The notes under the pieces: model-generated | What the model was told of the DNA's origin: nothing | Databases searched by the model: none | The model's input: the letters and a program-made list of their open reading frames with translations, nothing else | Source of the DNA: Octopus vulgaris | Lineage: Eukaryota | DNA length: 64,000 nt | Assembly (NCBI GenBank): GCA_951406725.2 | Contig: OX597814.1 | Location: forward strand, 25,668,001-25,732,000 | Direction: 5' to 3' | Position numbers and translations under genes: made by a program | Shown here: one piece after another, positions 12,109 through 26,162 of the stretch | How the letters are laid out: each line of letters opens with the position of its first letter | How positions within the stretch are numbered: position 1 is the first letter of the stretch

Positions 12109-13260
12109 GAGTCTCGAGGCTATAAAAAGTGGAAATATGTGATACACAGATAACCATTGGAAATATTTGCCTATTAACGCCCTATATGTCACTGAAATGA
12201 AGGAAATATACCTCTTTACCATACCCATGGTGAATTTTTCATCTTTCATTGTCCAAAATTGGAAAAGCTCTCCAATTTGTCTGAAAAAACGTCCATTTTT
12301 TAATGTTTTTTCACAGTATATTGACTTTCATTCTTTCTTTTTGCAATTAATTTAATATTCATTAAGTTAAATAACATAGTTGTATTTAATGTTTATTTCT
12401 ACAATTCCATGTGAAATTTGAGTCCGCTATCTTCAATAATAATGATATTATAAGCACTTTCCTTTCCTAAGTAAAGGGTAATCATATCGACAAACATAAC
12501 ATAACCCCCAAAAGTCAAGCAATTTCACTCACCACCAGTGCAAGCCTTACCACAGCCATTAATACACTTCACAGAATGAGCAAATGTGCGGGAAAAAACA
12601 GTCATCATTATTCATTAATAATCTTCATCCTCATCCTCATCACTGGATTCTATTTTATCAATATTTGTGGTAATTGTGCATGACCTGCATCAGTGCACGA
12701 CAACCCATTCATAAGGCATGTGCACTGACTACCGTTATACTGGCTAGTACTGCATTTACAAGATATCAATAACAGGAATGCTTTTGGTGCTGGTGGTTTG
12801 TTCATCCAGTGGATAGCCAATGTATCATCTTTGAGATCCCAGCCATGGCCATCTGGACTTGGTGTGGTAGCAGATGCATCCAGTGCTGATAGCCAGATGC
12901 ATGCTTGGTAATTTACCTGCTTCACATGGTACTCGAGTGCATCTTGAGTCGGTGGAAGATGACATGTTTGGGCATTCTTGGTGCAGAATAGTTTGTAGCG
13001 AACAAGGTCGGTATCATAGTTACTGTACCCATAGAGAGAAAAAACGAACTGTGCACATACTTGCAGCCTTTCATCATCTATATGAAACGATGAGCCAACC
13101 ATTCTCATCGCATTGCACTTGTATACATCAGACACCACCATCTTGAATGTCTGCTTCTTTCCCTTACCAACAAATGCACTAGTGCTGTCAGATCCTGTGA
13201 ATGCGTGCCTTCCTGGCAACACACACACCTCTTTTCCTAGTTTCAGGCTAATAGCTGTTT
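12109..13260 (-). mobile_element. Academ-like (XPG-type) DNA transposon 3' remnant
   Basis: ORF 12650-13228: HAFTGSDSTSAFVGKGK (XPG/FEN1-type helix-turn-helix), LPPTQDALEYH, QACIW, SPDGHGW and C-terminal Cys cluster (SCKC..CTC..LSCTD); left boundary is approximate. Confidence 0.7.
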
Positions 13261-14555
13261 AATTTTCTTGTCCTACATAAAGGCAGATCAGAACAATGTA
13301 TTCCCTTTAGTATTTAAAACATAAATATACAGGAATTTCAAAACGCACGAATCAAATTCAGTATTTGATTTTCATTTTAATATTTAAGTAACAATAGGTC
13401 CAGAAACATTTGCCTTTTACAGGGCCAGCAAAATTTATTATTGGGTACATTATCAAATACCATCGGAACTATCGTTAAATGTTATCATTGATTTGCTTCA
13501 GATTTGCCTGTAGTCTTCAATGAACTAATTCAGATAACTTATATCAGTTTGTACATGTGAACATATAATTTCAATGGGCTTCATATCATTTCTATCACTG
13601 CCAATGTAAGTTGTTCAGTATACTGATTCTCAAGTCATGGTATGCAAAATAGTTTTATTAGTATTTCTGTGAGGATATTAGTTTCCTATACAAGTACATA
13701 ACTAATTTTTATCTACCAATCAAAGACAATACTGATTCCCCAAGAATCAGACTTGATTCTTATTCTGTTTTAAAGGGCAAACTGACATACGGGGAGTAAT
13801 TAAACAAATTTGACCTCTTGTCAGAGATCAGTATGGCTGATTTTATTATGTCTAGACGCTTCTTTTTATGTTACTTCATTTAATCAGAACACTTCTCATA
13901 ATTCAAAGTCAATCCGGATAGGATTTGAACTACGGGTCACTAAATGGTTAGTTTCCATAATAAAGGAATCGTTCTATACTTAGAATTTTATATAACAATA
14001 AAAACTGAGAGTAAATTAGCGCAAGATTTTCGTCATTTTTCTCAATGACGCATTTTCTCAGTGACCAGCATCGTATCTACTTATAGTTTGTGACGCAACA
14101 GTAATATGTTATTTGAGTAAACACATCTATGTGTTTGAGTAAACACATCTATTTTAGACGGCCCAGCTTGTAGCCTTCTATCCCATCAAAAATGTGCAAG
14201 CCACTTCACTCATGAAATTAATGAGGATTACTATCTTAGCCTCTGCTTCTTCAAATAGCTGATAAGAATAAGGTAATCTAGGTTTTAAGACCTAATAGTG
14301 TTTTCAATTTACTCTAAAACATATCTAATGACGATACAGAATATTTGGTTGATGTCTTAATTTCTACATGTGAGATTGATAACTGAGTTTTAAAAAATAT
14401 TTCAAAAATATTAGACAGTTTGCGAGTCCAGTTTACTAAGAAAAATCGTTATTAAAACAGTGACATTAAATCTATTTCGGTATCGGTGAAACTTGATTTT
14501 CAATTAACTTACTATGTTTCGAGTTTAGATTCGATTTGCATTTCTATTATCATTA

Positions 14556-14757
14556 GCCAGCTGGTAGGAACCTTAGCGTGTCGGACAAAATCGTTTGTAG
14601 CATTTCTTTTAGCTTTTTACATTCAGAGTTCAAATCCTGCCGAGGTCAAGTTTTTCTTTCCTCCTTTCGGGATCGATAAAATAGGATACCAGTCAGGCCC
14701 TGGAATTGATGTAATCGATTCGTCCCCCCAACCCTCAGAATCGCTGGCTTTGAACGA
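14556..14757 (+). mobile_element. SINE family B
   Basis: B-box GAGTTCAAATCCTGCCGAGGTC and core CCTTTCGGGATCGATAAAATAGGATACCAG. Confidence 0.8.
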
Positions 14758-15143
14758 TAAGACACACACAAACACGCAAATTAGAAGACCGGGTATTTTG
14801 CTAAGATTTTACAAAGAAAATCTGCTGTAAATTCTTGGCTTTAATTTCACTTCCTGCAAAAATGACTTGAAGAGAACCGTAAAAGAAATTCATCTATTAA
14901 ACTCATGCTTCATGCGTGTTCCTAAATTCTTTCTAAAATACCTCATGGCTGAATAAATAAAACAATAGCGTTTCGATTTTTAGTATTAAAAGTTTGTGTA
15001 CTTTTTCGAGTATCATTCTTAATGAATAAAATTAGCATTGTTCTTCCCTTATAAAAGAAATACATGCTTAATTAAAAAACCATAACACTTCGTGTCGTTG
15101 GCTTGAAAAGGTTGCGTGGTATAAATGGTACTGAAAAAAACAG

Positions 15144-15189
<46 letters not shown>

Positions 15190-15268
15190 CTCTCTCTCTC
15201 TCACTCACATACACATACCTATGTATGTGTACATATAAATCTATACATACATACATACATATATATAC

Positions 15269-15310
<42 letters not shown>

Positions 15311-15382
15311 AGTAAATAAAGAAATAAATAACTGCGTGCAAATATTGGGTTAAAAGTCCGTGGATAAAAAAAAAGGTGAAAG

Positions 15383-15452
15383 CTTCCCGGGTTACTCAAC
15401 CCATGTCTCCTGTAAACAGGTCAGGCGTTCTACCACTGGAGCAAGGCAATCC
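15383..15452 (-). other. Degenerate tRNA-like segment
   Basis: Reverse complement TGCTCCAGTGGTAGAACGCCTGACC..ATGGGTTGAGTAACCC resembles A and B boxes. Confidence 0.35.
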
Positions 15453-15861
15453 TTGAAATGTCTCTATCTATTTTAGAAATAGCAAGAATTGTATGTTGTT
15501 GTTGACGTTTTAACAATTGATAAACTTCATGAAAACGTGAAATAGTTCTTTGTTTGTTTTTTTTTTTGTTTTTGCTTTTTTTTGGAATGCTGGACCTCTG
15601 CGCAAATAAAGGAAATGTGGGTTCAGTCTCACAGACAGCCTTCAACATATTCTAGCCTAGGGCTTTTAATCTAATATTTGCATGTTATCTTTATAGTTTT
15701 ATTTGCTTCCAGATCCGCCATTTTACACACACACACATACACACACACACATACACACACACACATATACATACATACATACATACATACATACATACAT
15801 ACTTATACACTCACACACACACACACACACACTCACTAACACACACAAACACACACACACC

Positions 15862-15907
<46 letters not shown>

Positions 15908-16007
15908 ATATATACAAGGAAAGCAGAAAATGGAGATAAAATTGATGAATAACAATTGATTTACATGAATTATCATTTATTAATTAATTACATAAAGACA
16001 GAATCTC

Positions 16008-16128
16008 AACTTAACAGCTGTTTCCGTTAGCGGGATTCCCAGGCTTAACCACCACTATTAAAATAATAATAGTTATCATTTTAAGTATTTAATTATGCTC
16101 ATTTGAATCACGGAACTTCATCAGAGTG
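16008..16128 (-). ncRNA. Hammerhead-like motif with long stem II insert (Penelope-type end)
   Basis: Reverse complement: ACT-CUGAUGA-(about 93 nt)-GAAAC-AGCU-GUU-AAGU; stems I and II are imperfect. Confidence 0.45.
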
Positions 16129-16306
16129 GAAAAGTAAATATAATAAAAGTAAAAAGAAAAAGAAACAGAAGAAAGTGAGAACCGTGATAATCAATTCATG
16201 CTACATGCTGACCCACTGGGAAACTTTCGATCGACTAGTGGATTCATTGGATACTAGTATCCCTTAGACGGTTGTTATGACCTCTAACTTAACTCATATA
16301 TATATA

Positions 16307-16815
16307 CTAGCAGTATCGCCCGGCGTTGCTCGAGTTTGTAAGGGAAATAACTATATAAGCATTTTTAGTGAGTTATAGCAAAAAAATAGCAAAAAAATGC
16401 ATTAAAAATGGAATAAAAAATGATGGTAATTTTGGTGTCTTCAAGCCATGAAGTCGTTGTTCTAAAAGAATGCTGGTCTCCTTGACAATGCTTTACGACG
16501 TTGATTTCCTTACACTCCCTTCCCCACATCTTCACGAGGGAGGGAAGAAGGGGGAGAAGCAACACAGGTGCAGGTATGACCATGGACGCCAACTCCGCCG
16601 CCATCGACACACGAAAAAATATGCGTTAAAATGGAATAAAAAATGATGTTAAATTATTTTTAAAATCGTAGACTCATCGTAGACGCGCGCTAATACTCAG
16701 ACGGGCTCGATATGAATCACGACTATAAGATACCCGAATTTGGTTAAACTGCACCGCAAAATGTGGGAGTAGTTAGGAATCTAAATCGAAGGGGACAGAC
16801 ACTCACACAACTACA

Positions 16816-16870
<55 letters not shown>
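16307..16870 (-). mobile_element. Non-autonomous Helitron, copy 1
   Basis: Minus-strand 3' end has the hairpin region CTCGAGCAACGCCGGG then CTAG|T; 5' end runs into expanded (TA)n; homologous to 29801-30198. Confidence 0.85.
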
Positions 16871-17324
16871 CTTTAAAATAACAAGAAACTATGAAATGAA
16901 ATTTCTTTTCAGGATATCTGTAATGCTTTTTATATAAATATTTATTTATATAATAAATGTAATGCTAATAAACGTTCACGAAGAGGAAAAGTTTATTTAC
17001 TGCCAAGATTGTGCGCAATACCTCGAAGAAAACATCAAATCTTTCTATTTGTATAGTACAATACGACAGTTCAAATTCATTTTGAAGACATTACACTATG
17101 AGCATCCTTGGACATAACCTAAAAATGAAATCGTAGAAGTTACTAAGTTGCTTTTTGACATGGCAGCTGTTGTAAACGACGATGTTTACCAAAGACATTA
17201 TTAACACAATTATTGATTATTGATACCGAAACGCGCACACACGCAGGCACACGCGCACCCAAACACACACACACACATACACACACACAAGTTTATTTTG
17301 TATACTGTTTGTACTAGTCGGAGT

Positions 17325-17717
17325 GGAGGCGCAATGGCCCAGTGGTTAGGGCAGCGGACTCGCGGTCGTAGGATCGCGGTTTCGATTCCCAGACCGGGCG
17401 TTGTAAGTGTTTATTGAGCGAAAACACCTAAATCCCCATGAGGTTCCGGCAGGGACGGTGGTGATCCCTGCTGTACTCTTTCACCACAGCTTTCTCTCAC
17501 TCTTACTTCCTGTTTCTGTTGTACCTGTATTTCAAAGGGCCGGCCTTGTCACTCTCTGTGTCACGCTGAATATCCCCGAGAATATCCCCGATAACTACGT
17601 TAAGGGTGCACGTGTCTGTGGAATGCTCAGCCACTTACGCGTTAATTTCACGAGCAGGCTATTCCGTTGATCGGATCAACCGGAACCCTCGTCGTCGTAA
17701 CCGACGGAGTGCTTCCA
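17325..17717 (+). mobile_element. tRNA-derived SINE family C, full length with target-site duplication
   Basis: A-box TGGCCCAGTGGTTAGG, B-box GGTTTCGATTCCC; flanks TGTACTAGTCGGAGT (17310-17324) and TGTACTAGACGGAAT (17718-17732), 13/15 identical. Confidence 0.9.
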
Positions 17718-18593
17718 TGTACTAGACGGAATAGTGTCTTCATCTTGATAGTTGCTTTCACTATGTTTCAGCTGTTGTACGTTCCAGCCTTCTTCGGGTA
17801 TCTTGTGCTGAACTCGGTTGGTGTATCGGAATTTCGAACCTTGCCCTTTATTTGATTCACAGGGGTACACTGTCCTCATTCTGCTCTTTGCGTTTCGTGA
17901 CATTTTTTGCTTCAGTTGATCTTTTGTGAATTTATTTAGTACCTTGCCTGGTATTGAACTCAGAACCTCTAAGTGACTGCAATGCATTAACCAAAGTCTT
18001 TATCTATTACGCTTTGCCCCGTAGGTAATTATCAAGATGACGACACGAGTCCGACTAATATAAACAATATACACAATATAAATTTCTTATCTCTGAGATA
18101 TAGAATTACACAATTTTTTTTTTATTTTTCATGAGGCCTAGAACAACCATTAACTATAATTTTGGGAGAGTCAGTACCTTTTTGTTGTAATAAAATCTTT
18201 CTATGATCATTTACTTTCCCCTCTTGCATTGCTTGCAAATTCGATGTCACAAAGCTCTGTAATAACAATTTAATGCAATGACATAAATAGTAGAGATTAT
18301 TTTGCTCGGAGAGTGGTGGTTTGACACACTTTACTCTTATTTCTCAGAGAAAATTAATGAACTGTAACTGCTGATCGAATGCAGAAACCCGTGACTGCTG
18401 ATGCGATTACTCAGTGGTCAAATACACTTGGATTTAGAAATTCATTATACTTATTCCTTTAAAAGATATTGATGTTTTCGCGATCAGGACCTATTTCATA
18501 TTTTTCAACCAACATAATTTCGATTCTTTTGTCTTTCAAACAAATTTAGTTTCAATTGCACAAGTCGTTGCATGAAAATGTTTTATGAGAATA

Positions 18594-18965
18594 CGTAGGT
18601 GCGGGCGTAGTGATATGGTAAGAAGCTTGCTTCCCGATCACATGGTTCCAGGCTCAGTCTACTACAGCCTCGAGCCGACCAAAGCCTTCTGAGTGGAATT
18701 GGTAGACGGAAATTGAAAAATTCCCTTCGTATATATGTGTACACATCCATATGTGTACACATCCATATGTGTGTGTGTTTGTCCTCCACCACTGCATGAC
18801 AACCAGTTTTGATGTGTTTACGAACCCGTAACTTAGCGGTTCTGCAGAAGAGACTGATAGAAGAAGTACCAAGTTCTGGGGTAGATTCGTTCGATTAAAA
18901 TTCTTCAAGGCAGTGCCCTAGTATGGCCGCCGTCTAATGACTGAAACAAGTAAAAGTAAGATAAG
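18594..18965 (+). mobile_element. SINE family A
   Basis: Head, core and ATGACTGAAACAAGTAAAAG tail. Confidence 0.85.
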
Positions 18966-19547
18966 TATATTTCGAAAACTTTTTCATTCAACAAATAAGA
19001 TTAGATTCCTAGGCTCAAATGAAATGAAATGAAATGGCATGGAAAAGAACCTTTTGATTCTGTTTACAGACATCGAAAAGAATGAGTGTTGGCAAAATAT
19101 TTTGCTGGGAAGACTTAGAACCATGAAATCACTTTCTTTAAGAAAAAAAAACGGAGGATAACATGATTTGATCGGGTAACATTTGTAACATGACACGCTA
19201 CCTCTTACGAATATGATTATGCACTGGAAAACACCCGGTAAATGGAGCATAAATGGAGCATAAAGATTACAAATAAGCTATTTAAGCAAAATCAAATTGG
19301 GCAGGGTGCAAAATGGAAGAAAATGTGAGTTTGATAGTTGATCAAAAGCTATTGAAGGAGGAGATTGTCTCGTTGCCCAATACTACGCATCTACGGGAAT
19401 GAATGCAGTCAAATTGGTAGTGTTGAGAATATAGTAGTCAGGCGTTGACAAGATAGTAAAGGTTGAGGTTTATCATGCCACATCTAAACACATAAACCAC
19501 TTAATTCTTGCGCACAATGAATATTTCATATAGTAAACATTACTGTG

Positions 19548-19586
<39 letters not shown>

Positions 19587-19719
19587 GGTTCCTGACGCTG
19601 TAGTGCTGAATCTGACCTCAGTGATGTAGAAAGATCGGACTAGGACAGGCGTCACAAGTCTCAGTTGCTCCATATAATTTGGTTCATTTCAGTCAAATGT
19701 GTTGTGGTATCGTGTGCGT

Positions 19720-20330
<611 letters not shown>

Positions 20331-20709
20331 ACGTATAATGTATTCTTTCAATCCTTCAAACATTCCCAACCAAAATTATTTATTTAGTTCAGACATATTG
20401 TTAATGCATTAATTAGTGATCATTGGTGTAAGCAGTCATGTTTACAAATAATGTTAGATCGACTGGTGTTGTTAGTGTCTTCATCATTAACAACTATTGT
20501 GTTCTCTGTTGTCTTTAGAATTAGTTCCATTACTTTTCCATTTCAAAACAAATTCTTTCAGTGGTGATCATTCTATAGTTTTCCTTTTGTAAAAGAGAAT
20601 CTCTGCAGAACATACATCTACATTATATGTATGTATGTATGTATGTATGGGTGTATGTATGTATGTATGGATGTATGTATGTATGGATGGATGGATGAAT
20701 ATATATGTG

Positions 20710-20761
<52 letters not shown>

Positions 20762-21781
20762 TTTATATGTATGTATATGTATACATATATATACTGCGCA
20801 TATATATATATGTGTGTTTGTGTATATACACACACATATATACATATACATACATGTATCTATATATACACACGCGCACATATAAAATACACTTATATAT
20901 GCATGTATGTGTAGATATGAACACATTAATATAATATAAATTTACACAAACACTTCCAATATATGAAATTTACAACATTGCACTTTCACTGTAATATGAA
21001 TGAATGAATGGATATTTTAGGAATGTAAAAGATGTCTGAATGAATAAAGAATCGGATACCTGCTCGTGATCCATGCTTTCAAATCTGCGACAAACATTTA
21101 GCTTTTGGGAATGGGTTGCGTGGGTGGGGAGAATTGTTTACTTTGTTTCATTCCATCTTGCTGTCTGAAATAAAGTATCAGATGACTTCCATTTTGTCAG
21201 ACACCCGCGTACAAAATTCATTTGATCTCTCTCTCTCTTAACTGGGTCAAACAGTTTCGTAGTCATGGTCATTTTGAAGCCTGGTTTCAAAAAGTTTTTG
21301 CCAAATTAGTCATCATACGCAGGTCATCTGCTCGAGAGATATTTCCCGACGTCATGAGATATCCGAAATCGTATTACTATACAACTTTCCAGACAGGAAC
21401 AGCATCTTTAGTGGATCTACTTGATTAAATTTCTATTTGATACTTTTATTATCGATCTTCTGAGAGCTGAAAAGCAAATCGATTTTGATGAATGGCAACA
21501 TAACTCTGACGGAATGGAATACTGCGATGCATTTGAAACACCGATACTGCTCATACGGCGTCGATACGACATGCATACACACAAACATATGCAAACAGCC
21601 CTAGCAACAATAAAAATCTGAGATTTTACATGTCGTTACTCCGAGTTTCCTGTAACCACTTTTCAGCATAACTCCATCGAAGAGAGAATGGTAGTGCAAA
21701 ACTCCAGGTGTACTGTGTAATGTCTCATATGTATTATCTCAAATTACTCTTATTATTAACTCTGTTTTGGGGAAATATTCC

Positions 21782-23350
21782 TGTTGTATACGTATATATT
21801 GTTGTTTGAGAGTACGACGCCTCCTAGCGAGAATGGACCGAACCACTACATATAACTAGTAGCGGTCTGACGAAGTGAGGTAGTTCGTGTTAGTTCCACA
21901 GTTCGTTTGTTGACAGTTCAAAGCTGGAGTTCAAAGTTCACAGTTCGACTTAGCGTGTTGGATTGTTGGTTCTTAAATGATTGTTGTTAAGTTCCGTGTG
22001 GTTACTGCCGTTTGTTTCGATTATATTGTTATTACACTGTTGCAGTGTATTCGTTTATCCATAAGGATATAACATTTGGCGACTAGGATCGTTCAAAATT
22101 CGCATTGGTTATTTGACAATTTCTGCATCATGCAAAACCTATTAGTCACAGTAGTACAGTTAGAGGAGAAGCAACAGGAACAACTACAGGATTGCAAAAA
22201 TAAATAGAACAATAACAATTAACTGAGTTACAGTCGGCAAAGTCCGAAATTCCAGTAAGCTCGATTACGCCAGACGGCGTGGCTAACGTAATTTTTGAAT
22301 TTACGTATAATCCAGAGGAGAGCGTGATGTTTCCTGCGTAGAAGATACAAGGAAAGTTTTAAAACCGAGTGCAAGTCATGGTTCGGGGCGTAGAAAGTAA
22401 GGTTTTTACTACGCAAGGTAGCTCCTGCCGAACATGAGCGTTGCTGTAACTTTATTCTACCTAAAATAGTCGAGTGAGATTGATTTCCAAGAAACCGTGG
22501 AACTGCTTTCAAAAATTTTTTGTGATAGAAGTTCATTATTCAACACCAGACTGGAGTGATGGAACTCAACAAAAAATTAGGAGGAGGATTTTATAACCCA
22601 CGCCGAAGTAGTTAACCGTATGTGCAAAAATTTCAAACTCCAGGATCTTATTCAGGAAATGTTCAAATGCCAGGACTTACAGCACCTGAAGATAGAGAAA
22701 TTCGAGCAAGGATTCTCTCAAAAATGGAGCAAGCGAATCAGGATTTATCTCTGCAGATCATCGCAGAAGAATGTCAGACTATGGTAAATCTTAAACATGA
22801 TGTGAAAAAAAAAATACAAGATAAAGACTCTGCAAAAATTCAAATGTGTCGTCCCGGGAAGCACAATCAAAAAAGTGTCAGGCTTCAATCCGTATAATGA
22901 TTGCGGAGGCCTTCACTATAAAAAAAATTTTGCCCTTTTAAAAACAAAAAGTGCTATAGTTGTCAGAAGTTTGGACACAGAGTGCTCATTGTTGAACAAG
23001 ACTACGAGACTCAAAGTTCTAAGGTGTTTTCAGAGGAGAGTGATTGCGACGGAAAAACAAGAAAATTTGTGCACGTAAAAATAAATGAGGTGAATACCAA
23101 ATTGCAGTTAGATACAGGTAGCGATATCTCGATTATAAATGCAGATATTTGGGGAAAAAGTTGGTAAATTATGATTACCTAAAATAACGAAAACCGCGCG
23201 TGGTGTAATGGACGATAAATTACATTTCATGAGCAAAACATGTATCGACGTCACATTTCGAGGAGAGACACTCGAAGCAAAATTATTCGTTGTGGATAAT
23301 ACAATCAATCTTTTTGGCACAGATTGGTTAGAATGATTCGATTTACTATG
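21782..23350 (+). mobile_element. Ty3/Gypsy LTR retrotransposon 5' part: LTR, PBS, decayed gag and aspartic protease
   Basis: LTR TGTTGTATA..TATAACA (21782-22074), PBS TGGCGACTAGGAT at 22077, gag-like GLTAPEDREIRARILSK and protease LQLDTGSDISII; no RT seen. Confidence 0.8.
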
Positions 23351-23354
23351 GGGC

Positions 23355-24392
23355 TTCTCACAAGCTTTTCTGACCAGTTCGTTCCAGATGCTGAAGTCTA
23401 AAGTGTTCAAATCAGGTGATGAAGGGAACCAAGTGTCCTTGTCCTAAAACCTATTCCTAAACTCATGCTTGAGAAATTTTTGAGCCATTGCACTTGTGTG
23501 TAAAACGATCTTGTTGGGGTTTCCCTCGTCTTTTGTCTCAAAATATTCAGAAAGAATCCGGGTCTTTACATCCTTCAAAACCTGAACATAACAAGCATCT
23601 TGTCAGACTGTTCTCAAACATAAGAAAAACATCACCTTAGCATGGTTTTTTGTACCTGAAAATGACATTTTTGGCTCACTAGTGAAGATCTGAAGCCAGT
23701 ACATGTCCGTTGCGTCTGTTTGTGTGCGAATCTTGGGTGAAATTCTTCTCCTCTGAGTAAAAGTTCACTCCAGGATTACGTTTTACTTTGTTCAAGATGA
23801 TCTTTGCCTTCTCCAACCTTCTAACCTTTTGTCCTGGAGTAACAAGGTGTCTCACAGGTCTTACGTGCGATTTCATTTTCAAGTCTTCCGTCACCGCTCT
23901 TTCAACTGTCATAGCTGAAACTCCTCTCTCGTGTGCCAAGCGTCTTATGGATTGGGTTGGATCTCTTCTGATTGATCTCCTCAGCTCCAGATTAAAATGA
24001 TGATCCCTCTTGCGGTTATAACCTCCAGACCCAATTTTCCACTCCACTATTTTCTCTTTCTCAAACCTGTTCACAATTCTCCTGACGGTTGGAATGGACT
24101 TTGAAGACGGAAGCTAGAGAATGGATGTTGGTATCATTATGAAGGCTTGGATGATCTTAGCCCTCTCAACATAGCTCAGTTGGGAAAACATGGTGAGGTT
24201 GGCACAAAACGATTTCAATCTGTTCTCTTTCTAGCTAAATATCTCAGTGAGTATTTGACTGGTTTTTACAAAAACTGGTATCAGTATGGCCAGATGTCTT
24301 ATCTGGAAAACATGGGAAATTTCAAATCGATTAGTTAATTAGTTTTAAGAAGTTTTAAGAATTTGCGAGCGCGACGATTTTGCTAGTACACC
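23355..24392 (-). mobile_element. Tc1/mariner (maT/DD37D-like) transposase remnant
   Basis: GSGGYNRKR, SIRRLAHERGVS, EDLKMKS, YSEEKNFT, NRRN and NTLDFSIW..KACEKPH motifs in broken frames. Confidence 0.8.
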
Positions 24393-24394
24393 CA

Positions 24395-24550
24395 GGTTTC
24401 CTTCAGTTTCTGTCTACCAAATCCACTCACGAGGCTTCGGTCGGTCCGAGATTATAGTGAAGTACACTAACCGAAGGTGCCACACAGTGGAACTAAACAC
24501 GAACTATGTTATTAGGAAGCTTCTTACCACACTGTCACGGCTGTGTCTAC
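24395..24550 (-). mobile_element. SINE family A 5' half
   Basis: CAGTTTCTGTCTACCAAATCCACTCAC core. Confidence 0.8.
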
Positions 24551-24639
24551 ATATATGTATATAACAATATTTTATATGGTTCAGTCATGTGACCATACCG
24601 CTGCGATCATACTGGAGCACCACCGTGAATTTCTTCTGT

Positions 24640-24921
24640 AGTTGGTTTCTGTTCTGAAAACCTACGAGGAATTTCAGCCCCTGAGACATCTTCAGAGGAG
24701 AGAAACCGGATCTCCGATTTTTGTTCTTCCTTTGTGCTCACTGCCAGTGGAGATGCTATGTTTTCTCTGTAGCACAAGAATGAAAACTGGAGTGATGAAA
24801 GGTCAAACAACGGTTATCTAACTATAAGAGAACACCTTTTATCATGCGAGCGCTGAAGGCAGTGCGGCCAAGCTAAAGAAAATATTGTCGAAAATGCAGA
24901 TAATTTTGACTTCCATTTGTA
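24640..24921 (-). mobile_element. mariner 5' fragment
   Basis: STKEEQKSEIRFLSSEDVSGAEI N-terminal HTH; TIR-like TACAAATGGAAGTCAAAATTATCTGCA. Confidence 0.6.
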
Positions 24922-24987
24922 CATGTGTGTGTGTATTTGTACACACAGAGGGAGATAGGGGGAGTTGATATATAGATAGATGAACAT

Positions 24988-25036
<49 letters not shown>

Positions 25037-25037
<1 letters not shown>

Positions 25038-25159
25038 TTTATTTAAAGCAGCAGAAAATTCAACAAAACCTGTTACTCTGAGTTTCCCGTTGCCGATGAA
25101 CGGCAACGGGAAACTCAGAGTAACAGGTTTTGTTGAATTTTCTGCTGCTTTAAATAAAG
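25037..25159. repeat. Perfect palindrome, 59-bp arms and 5-nt loop, centred on a hammerhead-like core
   Basis: 25037-25095 is the exact reverse complement of 25101-25159; loop ATGAA. Confidence 0.97.
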
Positions 25160-25227
25160 CATATTACTCTACCACTGGTATTTGAGTACTCTTTTTTCCA
25201 CCTTGTTTCACATTTATGTGTTTACTC

Positions 25228-25281
<54 letters not shown>

Positions 25282-26064
25282 CATGTTCACCTATCTATAT
25301 ATCAAGAGATAGATAGATGTACAAGCATATATGTGTGTGTATGTGCGTGTATACACATGTATGCTTGTACATCTAGCTATCTATCTATCTATCTTTCCCT
25401 CTATATGTAAACATACGCACACACACACATGAATGTGTACGAGTGGAATTCAAAATATTGAAAAGTTTAAATAAATTTAAAGGAATTGTGTTAGCGTGTA
25501 TATGCCTTCATACGATGTCACACTATAATAAATCCACTTAATCTAATCGCCTTGTGTTATATTAGGTTGCTAAAAGTAACTTCTTAAAATGTGCGCATTC
25601 ATTGAAAATCTCGGATCAGACGTAAATCGGATGCAGCTTACGTTGTTTAACAAGTTTCCAGTGGATATTGAATTTAGTTCCGCATTCATTGTTTCCAAAT
25701 ATAGTTGGATAGTTTGGTTAACTTTTATCTATATTTTGGGAAGAAAACATAGTGGGTTACGTTCTTTTCAATACGTGGGCTAAACTGATAAACATCATAT
25801 ATATTTCTAGGAGGAGGCATGACTGTATACTTATAAGTTTTGCATTGTAACTACGTAGCCTTTTATTCACTCTTACGGCATGGTCCCTTGGAAAGTCCTT
25901 CATCGTGTTGACTATTTACATCTGAGTAGTAAACAGTAACTGTGCAGAAACCTCAGCTACACACACACACACACACACATTGTTTATATCCAGTTAAATG
26001 AAGAAAAGAAAATGGAGAGTAAGAAATTAATAATTATTTATTATTAACAAATTGGTCATCTTTA

Positions 26065-26162
26065 TTTCCTACAGCCGTTTCAATTAATACTCAATAATTC
26101 AATTACAAATTTGTACATTAAATTTGCACTTGTGTGACATAAGCATATTTTCATCAGAGAAA
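26065..26162 (-). ncRNA. Type I hammerhead-like motif with 69-nt stem II region
   Basis: Reverse complement: UUUCU-CUGAUGA-A-AAU..AUU-GAAAC-GGCU-GUA-GGAAA. Confidence 0.55.

Noticed and set aside
17757-17799. Active hammerhead on the minus strand
   Set aside because: Stem II is good, but the core is CCGAAGA, the triplet is GUG and stem I does not pair; kept only as a decayed word
21222-21700. Host exon or second Gypsy gag
   Set aside because: Only a faint WF-containing gag-like resemblance, with stops and no supportable splice structure
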